NCBI GenBank assembly: GCA_965642175.1
Contig: CBFFLL010000003.1
Span: forward strand, 4,192-36,583
Direction: 5' to 3'
Source of the DNA: Candidatus Methanoperedens nitratireducens
GTDB lineage: Archaea > Halobacteriota > Methanosarcinia > Methanosarcinales > Methanoperedenaceae
Length of the DNA: 32,392 nucleotides
The notes under the pieces were generated by a model, which searched no databases, was not told the DNA's origin, and saw nothing but the letters and a program-made list of their open reading frames with translations. How positions within the stretch are numbered: the stretch's first letter is position 1; each line of letters opens with the position of its first letter. Made by a program: the position numbers and the translations under genes. Positions 1 through 8,122 of the stretch are shown here, piece by piece.

Positions 1-611
1 TAAACAGGGATATCCTGGATTTAAAGAATATAAAAGAACCAAGAATTTTGAGTGATCTGGCAGACCTTCTCTCTGATCATATGGCACAGAGAATAAGTTA
101 TTCTGCGTTTGCTGATATACTTGATGTAAAAGTGGATACGGTAAAAAATTATATCACTTATCTCGAAGAATGTTTTTTAATTTATACTGCTTATCTGTAC
201 TCAAAGAAACAGGTGATCTCTACCAGAAAGGAAAAGAAATTATTTTTTATTGATTGCGGTCTTAGAAATTCCCTGCTTTTAAAAGAAATAAACGATCTGG
301 AAAAAACAAAGATCGTGGAGAATATTATTTTCTTCCACATACTTTCCTTAAAAAAAAGAGAGTTATTCCCCAGGGTATTTTACTGGCTGGATAAGGCAAG
401 AAATGAAGTTGATATTGTGATCTCTTTTAAAAATGAGGTAATTCCGATCGAAGTCAAATATTCAGATAATATAGGAAAAAAAGATCTCAGGGGTTTAATA
501 AATTTCTGCGAAGAATTTAACGCACGCGGGCTTGTCATAACAAAGGATATTCTGAAAAATGAGGGGAATATTATGTTCATACCGGCATGGCTTTTTTTAA
601 CAATAATTTAG
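1..611 (+). CDS. AAA_14/DUF4143-type ATP-binding protein, C-terminal part (5' truncated by window edge)
   Basis: The frame is open from position 3 (NRDILDLKNIKEPRIL...). It shows wHTH-like 'TVKNYITYLEECFLI', 'KLFFIDCGLRN', 'ENIIF' and a C-terminal PD-(D/E)xK-like 'EVDIV...IPIEVKY', all typical of this family. Confidence 0.85.
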   Translation, partial: NRDILDLKNIKEPRILSDLADLLSDHMAQRISYSAFADILDVKVDTVKNYITYLEECFLIYTAYLYSKKQVISTRKEKKLFFIDCGLRNSLLLKEINDLEKTKIVENIIFFHILSLKKRELFPRVFYWLDKARNEVDIVISFKNEVIPIEVKYSDNIGKKDLRGLINFCEEFNARGLVITKDILKNEGNIMFIPAWLFLTII

Positions 612-613
612 TC

Positions 614-913
614 TCATGATCCAACCCCCCGTCTCCCTTCGCGGTATTTCTCCAGTACAAGAAGCCCGTACCCATACAGGAGAATCAGCATTCCGGCAGT
701 TGCCTGTATCTTTATCTCCCCGCCGCGTTCCTGCGGAATAAAGATATTCAGCCAGTAAAGGATCGACCCTATGACCATAATATCAGAAATGCGCCGTGCC
801 TGGTTTTTCTCAAGGGTGCGCAGTTGTTTTATCAGTGTGTAGGCGATGTAAGCGAGGGCAAAAACCAACAAAACCATTAAGCCTAAAAATAATTCAGCAG
901 TTCCTATTATCAT
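614..913 (-). CDS. Small hypothetical membrane protein (about 3 TM helices)
   Basis: 99-aa ORF with three hydrophobic stretches and a GGTGA SD-like motif upstream. It follows the isomerase gene on the same strand. Confidence 0.65.
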   Translation of the reverse strand: MIIGTAELFLGLMVLLVFALAYIAYTLIKQLRTLEKNQARRISDIMVIGSILYWLNIFIPQERGGEIKIQATAGMLILLYGYGLLVLEKYREGRRGVGS

Positions 914-953
914 TCCATCACCTGTTATTCAGAGACTTTCTCCAATATCTTTT

Positions 954-1874
954 CTATCTCCTCCACTCCCACCCCAGTAACTCCTTGATAATAACATAAG
1001 CCATCTCAGGAGGTATCGCCCCGACCTCTGTGCAAATCATGTCGATATACTCCCGCGGCGTCACATCAAATGCAGGGTTCCTCACGCTCACATTGGGGAA
1101 CTCAGCAAGCTTTTCCCTGCTCAGCACCTCGCCGCTGTCGCGCTCTTCTATCTCCACAAGATCGCCAAGAAGTGTCCTTGGGCTGAACTTATATGTCTCT
1201 GCTGCTATGATAACATTCTTCCGTGATTGATGCGCAGCCATTGCAAGTTGCGACGTCCCGATCTTATTGATGATAGAGCCATTTGCAGTTACTGCATCTG
1301 CCCCCATGACGACAAGGTCTGCTTCCTTCATAAAATACCGAACAGCAGAATCCACTATCAGTGTGGTCTTTATACCGAGCGCGCCAAGCTGCTTAATTGT
1401 CAGGAGCCCCTGCATCCTGGGTCTTGATTCCGTGGCAATGACCGTGATATCCTTTCCCTGTGCATGTGCCGCAGCCATTATCGATATGGCAGCCGATGAA
1501 TTGCAGTGCGTCATAATGGTATCACCATCGCGCACACGTTTTGCCCCGATCTCACCGATTTTCTTAACAGCATTCTCGGAATTGGTGATGAAATCATCAG
1601 CCAGCCTTTTGATCTCATTTTTTGCTTCGTCCAGGGTCTCGCCTTTATACCGCATCACAGCCCTCACAGCATTCGGAAGCGATACAGCGGTCGGTCGCGT
1701 GCCAACAAGCATCTCTGCCGCGAATTTCATCTTTTCATTGAATTCATCAATATCTTTTGCCGCAAGCCTCTTTGCATAATCCCGGAGTTCTGCTGCCGCA
1801 GCCCGCGCTATACGCCCTGCACCGCGAATTTCCATTGACCGTATTTTTTCCGCAGTTCCTTCAAGCTGCTTCAT
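954..1874 (-). CDS. Ribose-1,5-bisphosphate isomerase (eIF2B-like family, archaeal AMP metabolism)
   Basis: Motifs 'IRGAGRIA', 'TRPTAVSLPNA', 'MTHCNSS' (catalytic Cys), 'ESRPRMQG', 'GADAV..NG.IINKIGT' and 'NPAFDVTP'. Confidence 0.92.
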   Translation of the reverse strand: MKQLEGTAEKIRSMEIRGAGRIARAAAAELRDYAKRLAAKDIDEFNEKMKFAAEMLVGTRPTAVSLPNAVRAVMRYKGETLDEAKNEIKRLADDFITNSENAVKKIGEIGAKRVRDGDTIMTHCNSSAAISIMAAAHAQGKDITVIATESRPRMQGLLTIKQLGALGIKTTLIVDSAVRYFMKEADLVVMGADAVTANGSIINKIGTSQLAMAAHQSRKNVIIAAETYKFSPRTLLGDLVEIEERDSGEVLSREKLAEFPNVSVRNPAFDVTPREYIDMICTEVGAIPPEMAYVIIKELLGWEWRR

Positions 1875-3330
1875 ACTCTATCCTCCGGTATATTAATTCC
1901 ATATTCACGTTCTTTTCCACAAAGTGTGCCAGTTCCTCGATGCTATCGCCTTCTTCCTCACTCTTAAATATCATACCTCTGCGCTTATATAAATAACCCA
2001 GAAAAACGCTCCTGAAATTCTTGTTCTCAAAAAGCCCGTGGAGGTAAGTCCCGATGATAAGACCGCTTTCGCTCACACAGCCGTCGTCGTCAAAAGCATG
2101 CCCGCCGCCTCCGTTATCGATCAGGGTTTCACCCATATGTATCTCGTATCCGGTTACCGTTTCACCGTTTATCTGACCCAGGATCGCGCCGTTGCCGGTA
2201 ATCGTTTTCTCCACCTGTTCAGTCTTCTTCTTGTACTCGCAAAAACGTGTGGATACTTTCAGCAGCCCAAGACCTTTTACTGAACTTGCCCCGTCCGTCC
2301 CTTCTATTCCGCTGTCTATTATTTCCTCACCCAGCATCTGGTATCCTCCGCATATCCCGATAATCGGTGTTCCTTTTTTCGCTTCCCTTATTATTTTCTT
2401 ATCCAATTTCCATTTCAGCTTCGCAAGGTCGTCGATGGTGTTTTTTGTCCCTGGAAGAATTATGGAATCAAACCCTGCAAGGTCTTCATCCATCTCTACA
2501 TATCTGATATCAGCATACCTTTCAAGTGGTTCGAAATCCGTGAAATTGGATATGTGTGGTAATCGCACTACTGCTATCCTGACAGGATGGTTGTTACTGT
2601 TTTTGTCTTTTATTGAAACTGAGTCCTCTGATGGTATTTTTATGCCAGTAAAAGGAATGACCCCTAGCACAGGGAGACCTGTGAGTTCTTCAAGCTGCTT
2701 TATCCCTGGTTCAAGCAAACCAATATCTCCCCTGAATTTATTTATTATTATCCCGAAAACAAGAGGCCTTATGTCATCCGGGAGCAGCGCAAGCGTTCCA
2801 TATATGCTTGCGAACACGCCGCCGCGTTCGATATCCCCTACAAGTATTATATGGGGTTTAACGAATCTTGCAGTCCCGATATTTACGATGTCGCGGTGGT
2901 ACAGGTTTATCTCAGCAGCCCCGCCCGCCCCTTCGATAACTATCACCTCGTACTTTGATGCAAGCCTATCGTAAGCCCCTTTAACTATATCCATCATTTC
3001 ATCGATAGAATCATAATATTCCCCGGCTTTCTTATCCGCGTATGGTTGACCAAGTAGAACAACCTGGGAGATGCGGTCACCTTTTGGTTTTAGCAATACC
3101 GGATTCATGTCAGCGCTGGGTTCAACACCTGCCGCTTTTGCCTGTATGGCCTGTGCGATGCCGATCTCTTTTCCGTCCCGCGTTATCCATGAATTAAGGC
3201 TCATGTTCTGTGCCTTAAAAGGGGCAACACTGTATTTCCTGGAGAGGCACCTGCAAAGAGCAGTAACAAGCATGCTTTTACCAGCGTGTGAACTTGTCCC
3301 GAAAACCATCAGGTTCTTATTCTTAGTCAT
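1861..3330 (-). CDS. cobQ: Cobyric acid synthase
   Basis: Motifs 'GTSSHAGKS', 'PFKAQNMSLNS', 'MNPVLLKP', 'IEGAGG', 'ISNFTDF', the glutaminase motif 'GICGGYQMLG', and 'GTYLHGLF'. Confidence 0.96.
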   Translation of the reverse strand: MTKNKNLMVFGTSSHAGKSMLVTALCRCLSRKYSVAPFKAQNMSLNSWITRDGKEIGIAQAIQAKAAGVEPSADMNPVLLKPKGDRISQVVLLGQPYADKKAGEYYDSIDEMMDIVKGAYDRLASKYEVIVIEGAGGAAEINLYHRDIVNIGTARFVKPHIILVGDIERGGVFASIYGTLALLPDDIRPLVFGIIINKFRGDIGLLEPGIKQLEELTGLPVLGVIPFTGIKIPSEDSVSIKDKNSNNHPVRIAVVRLPHISNFTDFEPLERYADIRYVEMDEDLAGFDSIILPGTKNTIDDLAKLKWKLDKKIIREAKKGTPIIGICGGYQMLGEEIIDSGIEGTDGASSVKGLGLLKVSTRFCEYKKKTEQVEKTITGNGAILGQINGETVTGYEIHMGETLIDNGGGGHAFDDDGCVSESGLIIGTYLHGLFENKNFRSVFLGYLYKRRGMIFKSEEEGDSIEELAHFVEKNVNMELIYRRIEYEAA

Positions 3331-3390
3331 ATTTCTCTCAGGGGTTACTGATTAATAACAAAGCTAAATTTGCATACAATGGTTTTACAA

Positions 3391-3420
3391 ATCTGCGTTC
3401 ATCTGCGTTCATCTGCGGTT
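3391..3420. repeat. Tandem 10-bp repeat (ATCTGCGTTC)x2 + ATCTGCGGTT
   Basis: Read directly at 3391-3420. It is intergenic, upstream of cobQ. Confidence 0.9.
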
Positions 3421-3443
3421 TAAATTTTTCTATTTTTTATATT

Positions 3444-3617
3444 TTATTTTTCTGTAAACTTTAGCTGCCTGTAAGCTGCCCAAATACCTGCAAAAAGCAC
3501 AAACAGCATCGCGCCAATCACGGGACTATCCGTGACATAACCACGCGCGGTTTTCCATCCTGTGCCGTATTCATCGAACCCATAGTCGAACGTCCATATT
3601 AAAAAATTCTTTCCTGC
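3444..3617 (-). pseudogene. Possible C-terminal fragment of a membrane-anchored protein
   Basis: My translation gives IWTFDYGFDEYGTGWKTARGYVTDSPVIGAMLFVLFAGIWAAYRQLKFTEK*, a TM helix followed by a basic tail. There is no proper start before an upstream in-frame TAA. Confidence 0.35.
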
Positions 3618-3674
3618 TTACAATTAAAAGCGCAAGAAGGGGGACAATTAAATGTATTGCCCAGTTCGGCATTT

Positions 3675-4298
3675 TTATTCTTGCTTATCCACCCTGGTAA
3701 CGCGCAGTAATGCATTGACTGGTACGCCCTGGATGTCTTCGATGCCTTTTTTATCTACAAGTACGGCGATGGCTACAGGTTTTCCTCCAGCGCCCTCAAT
3801 AACTGCCACTGCTTCTGAAAGCGTTGTTCCGGTGGTTACCACATCATCTATAATTACGCAGTTCTTTCCTTCCACCTGCGCGAAATTCTGGCTGATAGTT
3901 CCGCCCATATCTTTTGATCCAGGCTCCCAGCGCTGCTTGTTGGGATGGTAGGTCGCGAATTCGCAACCCAGTTCGTCTGCGACAAGGTTTGCCAGGGGTA
4001 TCCCTGAAAGGGCGACGCCGATAACTACATCCACATACTGTTCTTCACCGAGGCTGTCAAAGATCATATCTATCAAAGCGCCGGCAATAAACCTCTGCCT
4101 GTTCGAGCTTCTGCCGATGTTGCTCCAGTCGACATAGATATCCTTTGGGGCCTGCGTGACATCTTTCTTTTTTGAGTGTACCAGAAGCCATGTTGCAGTT
4201 TCGCGTGAAACATTCAATTCGTCTGCGATCTGACCTGCGGACAGTCCGCCTGCCTGGAGTTCAACAGCTTTATGGATCAATTCGTCGATTGTTTTCAT
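3675..4298 (-). CDS. gfcR: Transcriptional regulator GfcR (HTH + orotate-PRTase-like domain)
   Basis: N-terminal HTH 'GQIADELNVSRETATWL', 'DIYVDWS', and PRPP-loop 'VIIDDVVTTGTT'. The start is probably MKTIDEL (4298), with an alternative at 4307. Confidence 0.88.
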   Translation of the reverse strand: MKTIDELIHKAVELQAGGLSAGQIADELNVSRETATWLLVHSKKKDVTQAPKDIYVDWSNIGRSSNRQRFIAGALIDMIFDSLGEEQYVDVVIGVALSGIPLANLVADELGCEFATYHPNKQRWEPGSKDMGGTISQNFAQVEGKNCVIIDDVVTTGTTLSEAVAVIEGAGGKPVAIAVLVDKKGIEDIQGVPVNALLRVTRVDKQE

Positions 4299-4477
4299 AA
4301 TCCTCACGTAGAATAATATTACTTCTTTTTCTTTGTATATAACAGGTTGGCTTTTTGGAGATGTTTCAATTCGGGTTGGTAATTATTCCAAAGTGCAACA
4401 CAATAACTTTTTTACGTGGTTATGGTGGATTGCAGTTACGTTTAGACTATTTTAATCTCCCCTTAGACCATATTATC

Positions 4478-5089
4478 TTATTCTGAATGTTGAGTAATAC
4501 TAAGAAGTTCTTCAACTATTTTAAAAACCTGAGTTGAGGGATTACTATCAATACTTTTTAAATCTGTCATATTTTCTTCATGCATTTCATTTAACCGTTT
4601 CGCCCTGCTAATTGCACTTTCTCTTTTATTTTCTAATAACTCAAAATAATCTTTACTCTTATCGTACTTTGGTATCCATCTCTTTAATATTTCTTTCAAC
4701 TCATCATTATTTAGCTTCGAAAATCTATCAACGAAATGCAAAAGGTACCATAATTCATAAGAAGGGTTTGATAGACATAATTTAACATTCTTAGCCATTC
4801 TAAAGGCGGTAAAAATTGCCTCTTGTTTATTATTATCCCAATCAAAAACGCACCAAATAACATCCCCTTTTTTTAAATCTAAAGCATATTCTTCAATAGA
4901 TTCTCGGCAAAAATCAACAAGATTTTTAGGATCAGTACACCTTGCATTAGGTATTATAACGTCCAAATTATCATATCTAGTTCTATATTTTTTAAAATAT
5001 ATTGGTTCTGTTTCCGTTCCTTCACAAACGATAACAAATTTCTTGCGACGTTTTCTCCTTCCCACTTTTCTCTTCAAAGATTTTGTCAT
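4478..5089 (-). CDS. rloB: RloB-family protein (TOPRIM-like; AbiL/RloAB partner)
   Basis: Motifs 'IVCEGTETEPIYF', 'WCVFDWD', 'SNPSYELWYLLHF' and 'NPST', characteristic of RloB. Confidence 0.88.
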   Translation of the reverse strand: MTKSLKRKVGRRKRRKKFVIVCEGTETEPIYFKKYRTRYDNLDVIIPNARCTDPKNLVDFCRESIEEYALDLKKGDVIWCVFDWDNNKQEAIFTAFRMAKNVKLCLSNPSYELWYLLHFVDRFSKLNNDELKEILKRWIPKYDKSKDYFELLENKRESAISRAKRLNEMHEENMTDLKSIDSNPSTQVFKIVEELLSITQHSE

Positions 5090-5090
5090 T

Positions 5091-6359
5091 CTAAAATATC
5101 CTATCTTCTACAATGAAGGGCACGGCACCAAATCTACCAGCCTGATACCCTTTCTGGATATTTTCTTTTTTACGTAGATTAAATTCTACCAGAGAGTAAA
5201 GGTCGGTACTACCAACATCCGGGTTTTTGTCCGTGAACCATATTTGATCCCTGCGGAATAAATTCATATCTAATAAAATTGTGTTGTGCGTAGTGAAGAT
5301 TAATTGAGCATTGTTCATATTTTGATTTGGATCATGAAATAATTTAATTAAAAATTGTATCAATTTATAATGTAGTTTAATGTCTAATTCATCTACGATT
5401 AAGATTCGCCCATTGCTCAACACATCTATCAATGGACCTATTAAGAAAAACATCTTTTGTGTTCCTCCAGATTCTTCATCGAATTCAAATTGGACATCAA
5501 ATTCCGTATCTTTACCCTTATTACCTTTATGAGTGGTTTTAATATTGATATTCTTAATATCACCTTTTATTTCACTTATATAAGCCTTTAACTCACTTGG
5601 AAAAGTAGAAGGCAGATTCTCAATAGAAACATTTTCAACTGAGGCCTTAATATCCTCTATTCCTAAGTCGGCATTTGAAAGTGCTTTTAATATAAGTTCT
5701 TTCGATTTTTCATCTTTATTTAGCAAATTAATAGTAAATTCGGTCAATAAGGGATTTTCTTCAATATTTATAATTCGTAAATTATCTTTAAACCAGTCAA
5801 AAGCTTCAAATGACTTTTCATACTTCAACTGAGTTGAATTTGATAGATAAAGAACATTATCTAAAGTTCTGTCCTTTAAGAATTCTTGAAGATTATTGTC
5901 TATAGTAAAATAAAAATCATTAGTGTTTGACCTTTCGAAAATTATAGCTTTACGTCCTTTAGGATAATAATATAGATATTCATCAATAATTTTCTCACTT
6001 GTTGCTGATACTCCATACACATATCTATTTTTATTCTTTATAAAAATAACTTCAAATTTACTCGGCTTAGATAGATAGTCTTTGTCTAATTTAAATGAAG
6101 AAACATTAATTTTGGCATCTTTTTGATTCTTATGAGATGTCATGACCAAATGTGACAGAAAAGCAAAAGCAAGAATTAGATTACTTTTTCCAGATGCGTT
6201 GGCTCCATAAATCACTGCACTCCGCAAAAGACTATCCTTTTTCAATACATCTGTTTTGATTAAATTATTAACCAATGATTTATCAGAAGAAGATACCATA
6301 CTTAAAGTTACCTTTTCCTTGATAGAACGAAAATTTTCGACACTAAATTCAATCAACAT
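5091..6359 (-). CDS. RloA/AbiLi-like ABC-type (AAA_21) ATPase
   Basis: 'FSVENFRSI', Walker A 'GANASGKS', signature 'ESGGT', Walker B 'LIVDELD', 'QLIFTTH', 'RRDQIWF' and 'GRFGAVP'. It ends 1 nt before the rloB start and is very AT-rich. Confidence 0.9.
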   Translation of the reverse strand: MLIEFSVENFRSIKEKVTLSMVSSSDKSLVNNLIKTDVLKKDSLLRSAVIYGANASGKSNLILAFAFLSHLVMTSHKNQKDAKINVSSFKLDKDYLSKPSKFEVIFIKNKNRYVYGVSATSEKIIDEYLYYYPKGRKAIIFERSNTNDFYFTIDNNLQEFLKDRTLDNVLYLSNSTQLKYEKSFEAFDWFKDNLRIINIEENPLLTEFTINLLNKDEKSKELILKALSNADLGIEDIKASVENVSIENLPSTFPSELKAYISEIKGDIKNINIKTTHKGNKGKDTEFDVQFEFDEESGGTQKMFFLIGPLIDVLSNGRILIVDELDIKLHYKLIQFLIKLFHDPNQNMNNAQLIFTTHNTILLDMNLFRRDQIWFTDKNPDVGSTDLYSLVEFNLRKKENIQKGYQAGRFGAVPFIVEDRIF

Positions 6360-6644
6360 TATGGTTCAACCTCCGAATTATGACAATCAGAATGTGATTT
6401 TTGCAATAAATTGTCATTTTTTACAGTTTAAACTGCAAAATATATAAACTTATGCTTATTGAGTTTATATCTAAATTGGCTTGAAAATGGTGTTTAAGTC
6501 CAAAGCTGGCTTGATATGCAAACAAAGAACATTTCAAATAACATTATTGTAAAATTAAAATAGAATCATAGAATCAAAATTTTTCATTACTGCCATAAGA
6601 ATACTCCTCCCATACTTGATGGTCAATTATTGTATTTGAGCCAA

Positions 6645-6733
6645 GACGTGCCCCCCACTCCCAGACGCGCCGCCTTCGGTGCGGCTTCCAGCCGCATCCC
6701 TGATGGGACGACGCGCCAACTTTTTGACTGTCC
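6645..6733. repeat. GC-rich multi-hairpin element ending in an IS-end-like sequence
   Basis: Hairpins CGCC-ttc-GGTG, GCGGCT-tcc-AGCCGC and TCCC-tgat-GGGA, plus GACGCGCC twice. It ends in AACTTTTTGAC, which is inverted relative to GTCAAAAAGTT at 6749-6759. Confidence 0.45.
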
Positions 6734-6834
6734 CAATTAACAGATGCTGTCAAAAAGTTTGGTGTTGGGGAGCTATCATAAAATAGAACACGGATTGCGC
6801 GGATGACGCGGATGCCCACGGATCCGTGAAAATC

Positions 6835-7614
6835 GCCGAATAAGAAGGAGAGATTGCTCCCTCCCCCTCTTCTAAGAACCGTACGTGAAAGTTTCCCTTC
6901 ATACGGCTCAAGCCTCCAATAACCCTTTATTTGGGCAGCAGTTGTTTATTATGGTCATACATACCATTTTATTTAACTGCTTTTGCAATCCTGATTTGTA
7001 ACCCATTGACATTTGCATGTTTACAAGCTTCTCATCTTGCGATGTAATTGAATTTCTTGTATTCATAGGTCATACCTCCATTCATGCAATTGGACACCGT
7101 TGAGTAAGTCAGCATCCTTTCGGATCAAGGCAAATATTAAACCTTTATTCAGTCGATTACAGACTGACTTTTGCTTTTTACTCTCTCCTCTGCCCTCTGC
7201 TCCATTGTTACTCTTTGCAGAGTTTCTACCAGTTTCCTGGAGAGCATAGGGTTTGCCAAGCTTCGCATCACAAATAATTCCAAATACTTTAGAAGCCACC
7301 TGTAAGCCGAAAATCGTATGTCCATTTACTATGACGTCGCACGAGCCATCATAGTCTGATTTTGTACCTTTTGGTCTAAGCGTACTCAGTCTTGTTTCGC
7401 TTATGCACAGTAACGACTTTTGCGGTGATTCAACGTTATGTTTCTTCATGGTATTTTTATCCTAACAGATTGGTTGGATAAGACTTCCAACATTTCCATA
7501 TTGTCCTGCAAGCTTCAGACCCCGGCATTGCTGCCGACGCATGTTACAGTAGGATTGCCCCAAATGGAAGGGGTAGCATATTCTGCAATTTGTGATGCGA
7601 CTTTCATGTCGCGA
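6835..7614 (-). mobile_element. ORF-less group II intron (CL/IIB-like), 780 nt
   Basis: Domain V at 6909-6876 (GAGCCGTATGAAGGGAAACTTTCACGTACGGTTC). Domain VI stem AGAAGAGGGGGAGGGAGCAATCTCTCCTTCTTATTCGGC. The 5' end TCGCGACATGAAAGTCGC resembles the GTGCGACATGAAAGTCGC-type start. Removing it restores an intact ATCCG repeat. Confidence 0.9.
6969..7066 (-). pseudogene. Vestige of the intron-encoded RT/maturase in domain IV
   Basis: A GGAGGT SD precedes ATG at 7066 (MNTRNSITSQDEKL). A second frame then gives NVNGLQIRIAKAVK*, matching the RT-0 'V..LQ.RIAKA' motif. The rest of the ORF is deleted. Confidence 0.7.
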
Positions 7615-7873
7615 CGTCCAATCCGTGTCATCCGTGTTCCTCGTTGTGATCGCGGCGCCGTTTCATATGCGATTGCACCCCCCAGAGGTGCGACTAAAAG
7701 CTTTCATCTGATTTTTTGGATTCTAACCCCAAAAGATTTTACACCCACAATTAACAGAAACCTTTATGCCAGTTAACCCCGTTAACCCCCCTGGTGACAA
7801 CCAATGAGGAATCGTCTTTGCCATCGCGAAAAGCGGTAATATAACAGAAAACGTATCGACACTGAACACTGAC

Positions 7874-8119
7874 GTGAAGTTCGAGGCTCTCCCTCCATCC
7901 GCAAAGCTTGTTTTTAAGGTTCTTGAGAAAGGCGGACTTCTGACCCAGAAAGAAATAACACGGGAAAGCTATTTGCCCCCCAGGACTGTCAGGTATGCGC
8001 TTGACAGGTTGAAGAAAACTGATATACTTGAGGAACGGTTTTATTTCAAGGATGCACGACAAAGCCTTTACGGGATAAAGAATTTCGAGAGGCAGAAGGT
8101 GGTGGCATTGCACGTGTAA
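7874..8119 (+). CDS. Winged helix-turn-helix transcriptional regulator (small archaeal MarR/ArsR-like)
   Basis: 'LPPSAKLVFKVL...LTQKEI..ESYLPPRTVRYALDRL...DARQSLY' is a recognisable euryarchaeal small wHTH family. Confidence 0.85.
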   Translation: MKFEALPPSAKLVFKVLEKGGLLTQKEITRESYLPPRTVRYALDRLKKTDILEERFYFKDARQSLYGIKNFERQKVVALHV

Positions 8120-8122
8120 AGA

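Larger units (their letters stand above)
6786..7639. repeat. Palindromic 9-nt-period CGGAT/ATCCG repeat (REP-like hairpin), interrupted by the intron
   Basis: Left arm GAACACGGAT TGCGCGGAT GACGCGGAT GCCCACGGAT. Right arm CCGTGAAA ATC|CGTCCA ATCCGTGTC ATCCGTGTTC. The outer 10 bp are perfectly inverted. Confidence 0.8.
6745..7747. mobile_element. Putative MITE-like element (about 223 bp without the intron) flanked by an 11-bp direct repeat
   Basis: CAATTAACAGA occurs at 6734-6744 and 7748-7758. The ends are degenerate inverted repeats: TGCTGTCAAAAAGTTTGGTGTTGG versus reverse-complement TGGGTGTAAAATCTTTTGGGGTTAG. Confidence 0.4.

Noticed and set aside
4393-4434. Imperfect inverted repeat downstream of rloB
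   Set aside because: It has several mismatches and no matching partner end or target duplication, so it cannot be called an IS end or terminator.
5087-5093. Amber read-through fusing RloA-like ATPase and RloB
   Set aside because: The TAG and the next ATG are separated by 1 nt and so are out of frame.
6574-6819. 81-aa ORF (MGIRVIRAIRV...)
   Set aside because: It is a translation of the 9-nt repeat and hairpin cassette, not a credible gene.
6786-6834. Repeats as a possible CRISPR array
   Set aside because: The units are 9-10 nt and contiguous with no spacers, and there are no cas genes in the window.
7063-7776. ORFs 7063-7449 (-) and 7438-7776 (+)
   Set aside because: They overlap the intron ribozyme domains and repeat flank and have no protein motifs, so they are chance ORFs.
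7772-7791. GTTAACCCC direct repeat upstream of the wHTH gene
   Set aside because: Only two short copies. It could be an operator but nothing else supports that.
7803-7872. Possible C/D-box sRNA (ATGAGGA ... CTGA)
   Set aside because: Box C is imperfect and there are no convincing internal D'/C' boxes. It is more likely the 5' UTR of the wHTH gene.
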